A DNA stretch of 64,000 nucleotides from an uncultured Gammaproteobacteria bacterium (lineage in GTDB: Bacteria; Patescibacteriota; Microgenomatia; Levybacterales; GWA1-39-11). The stretch covers positions 162,898 to 226,897 of the forward strand of contig CAYRKM010000002.1 of NCBI GenBank assembly GCA_964425075.1. Direction: 5' to 3'. Position numbers and translations under genes: made by a program. The notes beneath the pieces were generated by a model. The model searched no databases. It saw only the letters and a list, made by a program, of their open reading frames with translations, and was not told the DNA's origin. This document shows positions 63,946-64,000 of this stretch, in pieces (position 1 is the stretch's first letter; each line of letters opens with the position of its first letter).

Positions 63946-64000
63946 ATGGATAAATACGCATATCTGATAGGCAACTTCCTTATTCTTATACCTTTGGCTA
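63946..64000 (+). CDS. Start of a possible membrane protein (runs off the window)
   Basis: MDKYAYLIGNFLILIPLA... Confidence 0.3.
   Translation, partial: MDKYAYLIGNFLILIPLA

Noticed and set aside
1-64000. Alternative genetic code (TGA=Gly) and the many short antisense ORFs
   Set aside because: Core genes are full length under code 11 and several end in TGA; the antisense ORFs are shadows of well-supported genes.

Overview
Chromosomal segment of a low-GC, small-genome bacterium using genetic code 11. The gene set (short EF-Ts and RF1, many near-leaderless genes, many ORFans) suggests Patescibacteria/CPR of the Microgenomates type; this assignment is inference. The backbone is housekeeping: dnaB, cysS, rpsF-ssb-rpsR, hisS, rpmE-prfA, proS, prs, dnaX, ybeY, ychF, recR, frr, tsf-rpsB, glyA and tRNA-Cys. 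It is interspersed with ORFans and surface-protein genes. No CRISPR array, transposase, integrase, reverse transcriptase or rRNA was seen. Main unexplained structures: (1) a dispersed family of degenerate 7-bp tandem arrays (NNNGTAG and relatives) that flank a four-helix-bundle (IVS/Avd-like) gene as inverted arrays, and also occur as an 'empty' inverted pair, as solo arrays and once in frame inside a gene; (2) a small palindromic element (stem-TTCG...CTCA-stem-CARG) apparently inserted in frame in alkD, glyA and ychF, and nested in a ~150-nt hairpin; (3) a duplicated dockerin-like/cohesin-like surface-display module in which three proteins share a (Q/N)QQQD(I/L)RQRA post-membrane motif; (4) a sortase with a non-LPXTG substrate; (5) an ispH + idi-like pair, a MATCAP/DUF1704 + CofE-like pair, a diverged duplicate of a gene 3' end and a duplicated tRNA 5' end. 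All product calls come from motif recognition by eye; no searches were run.
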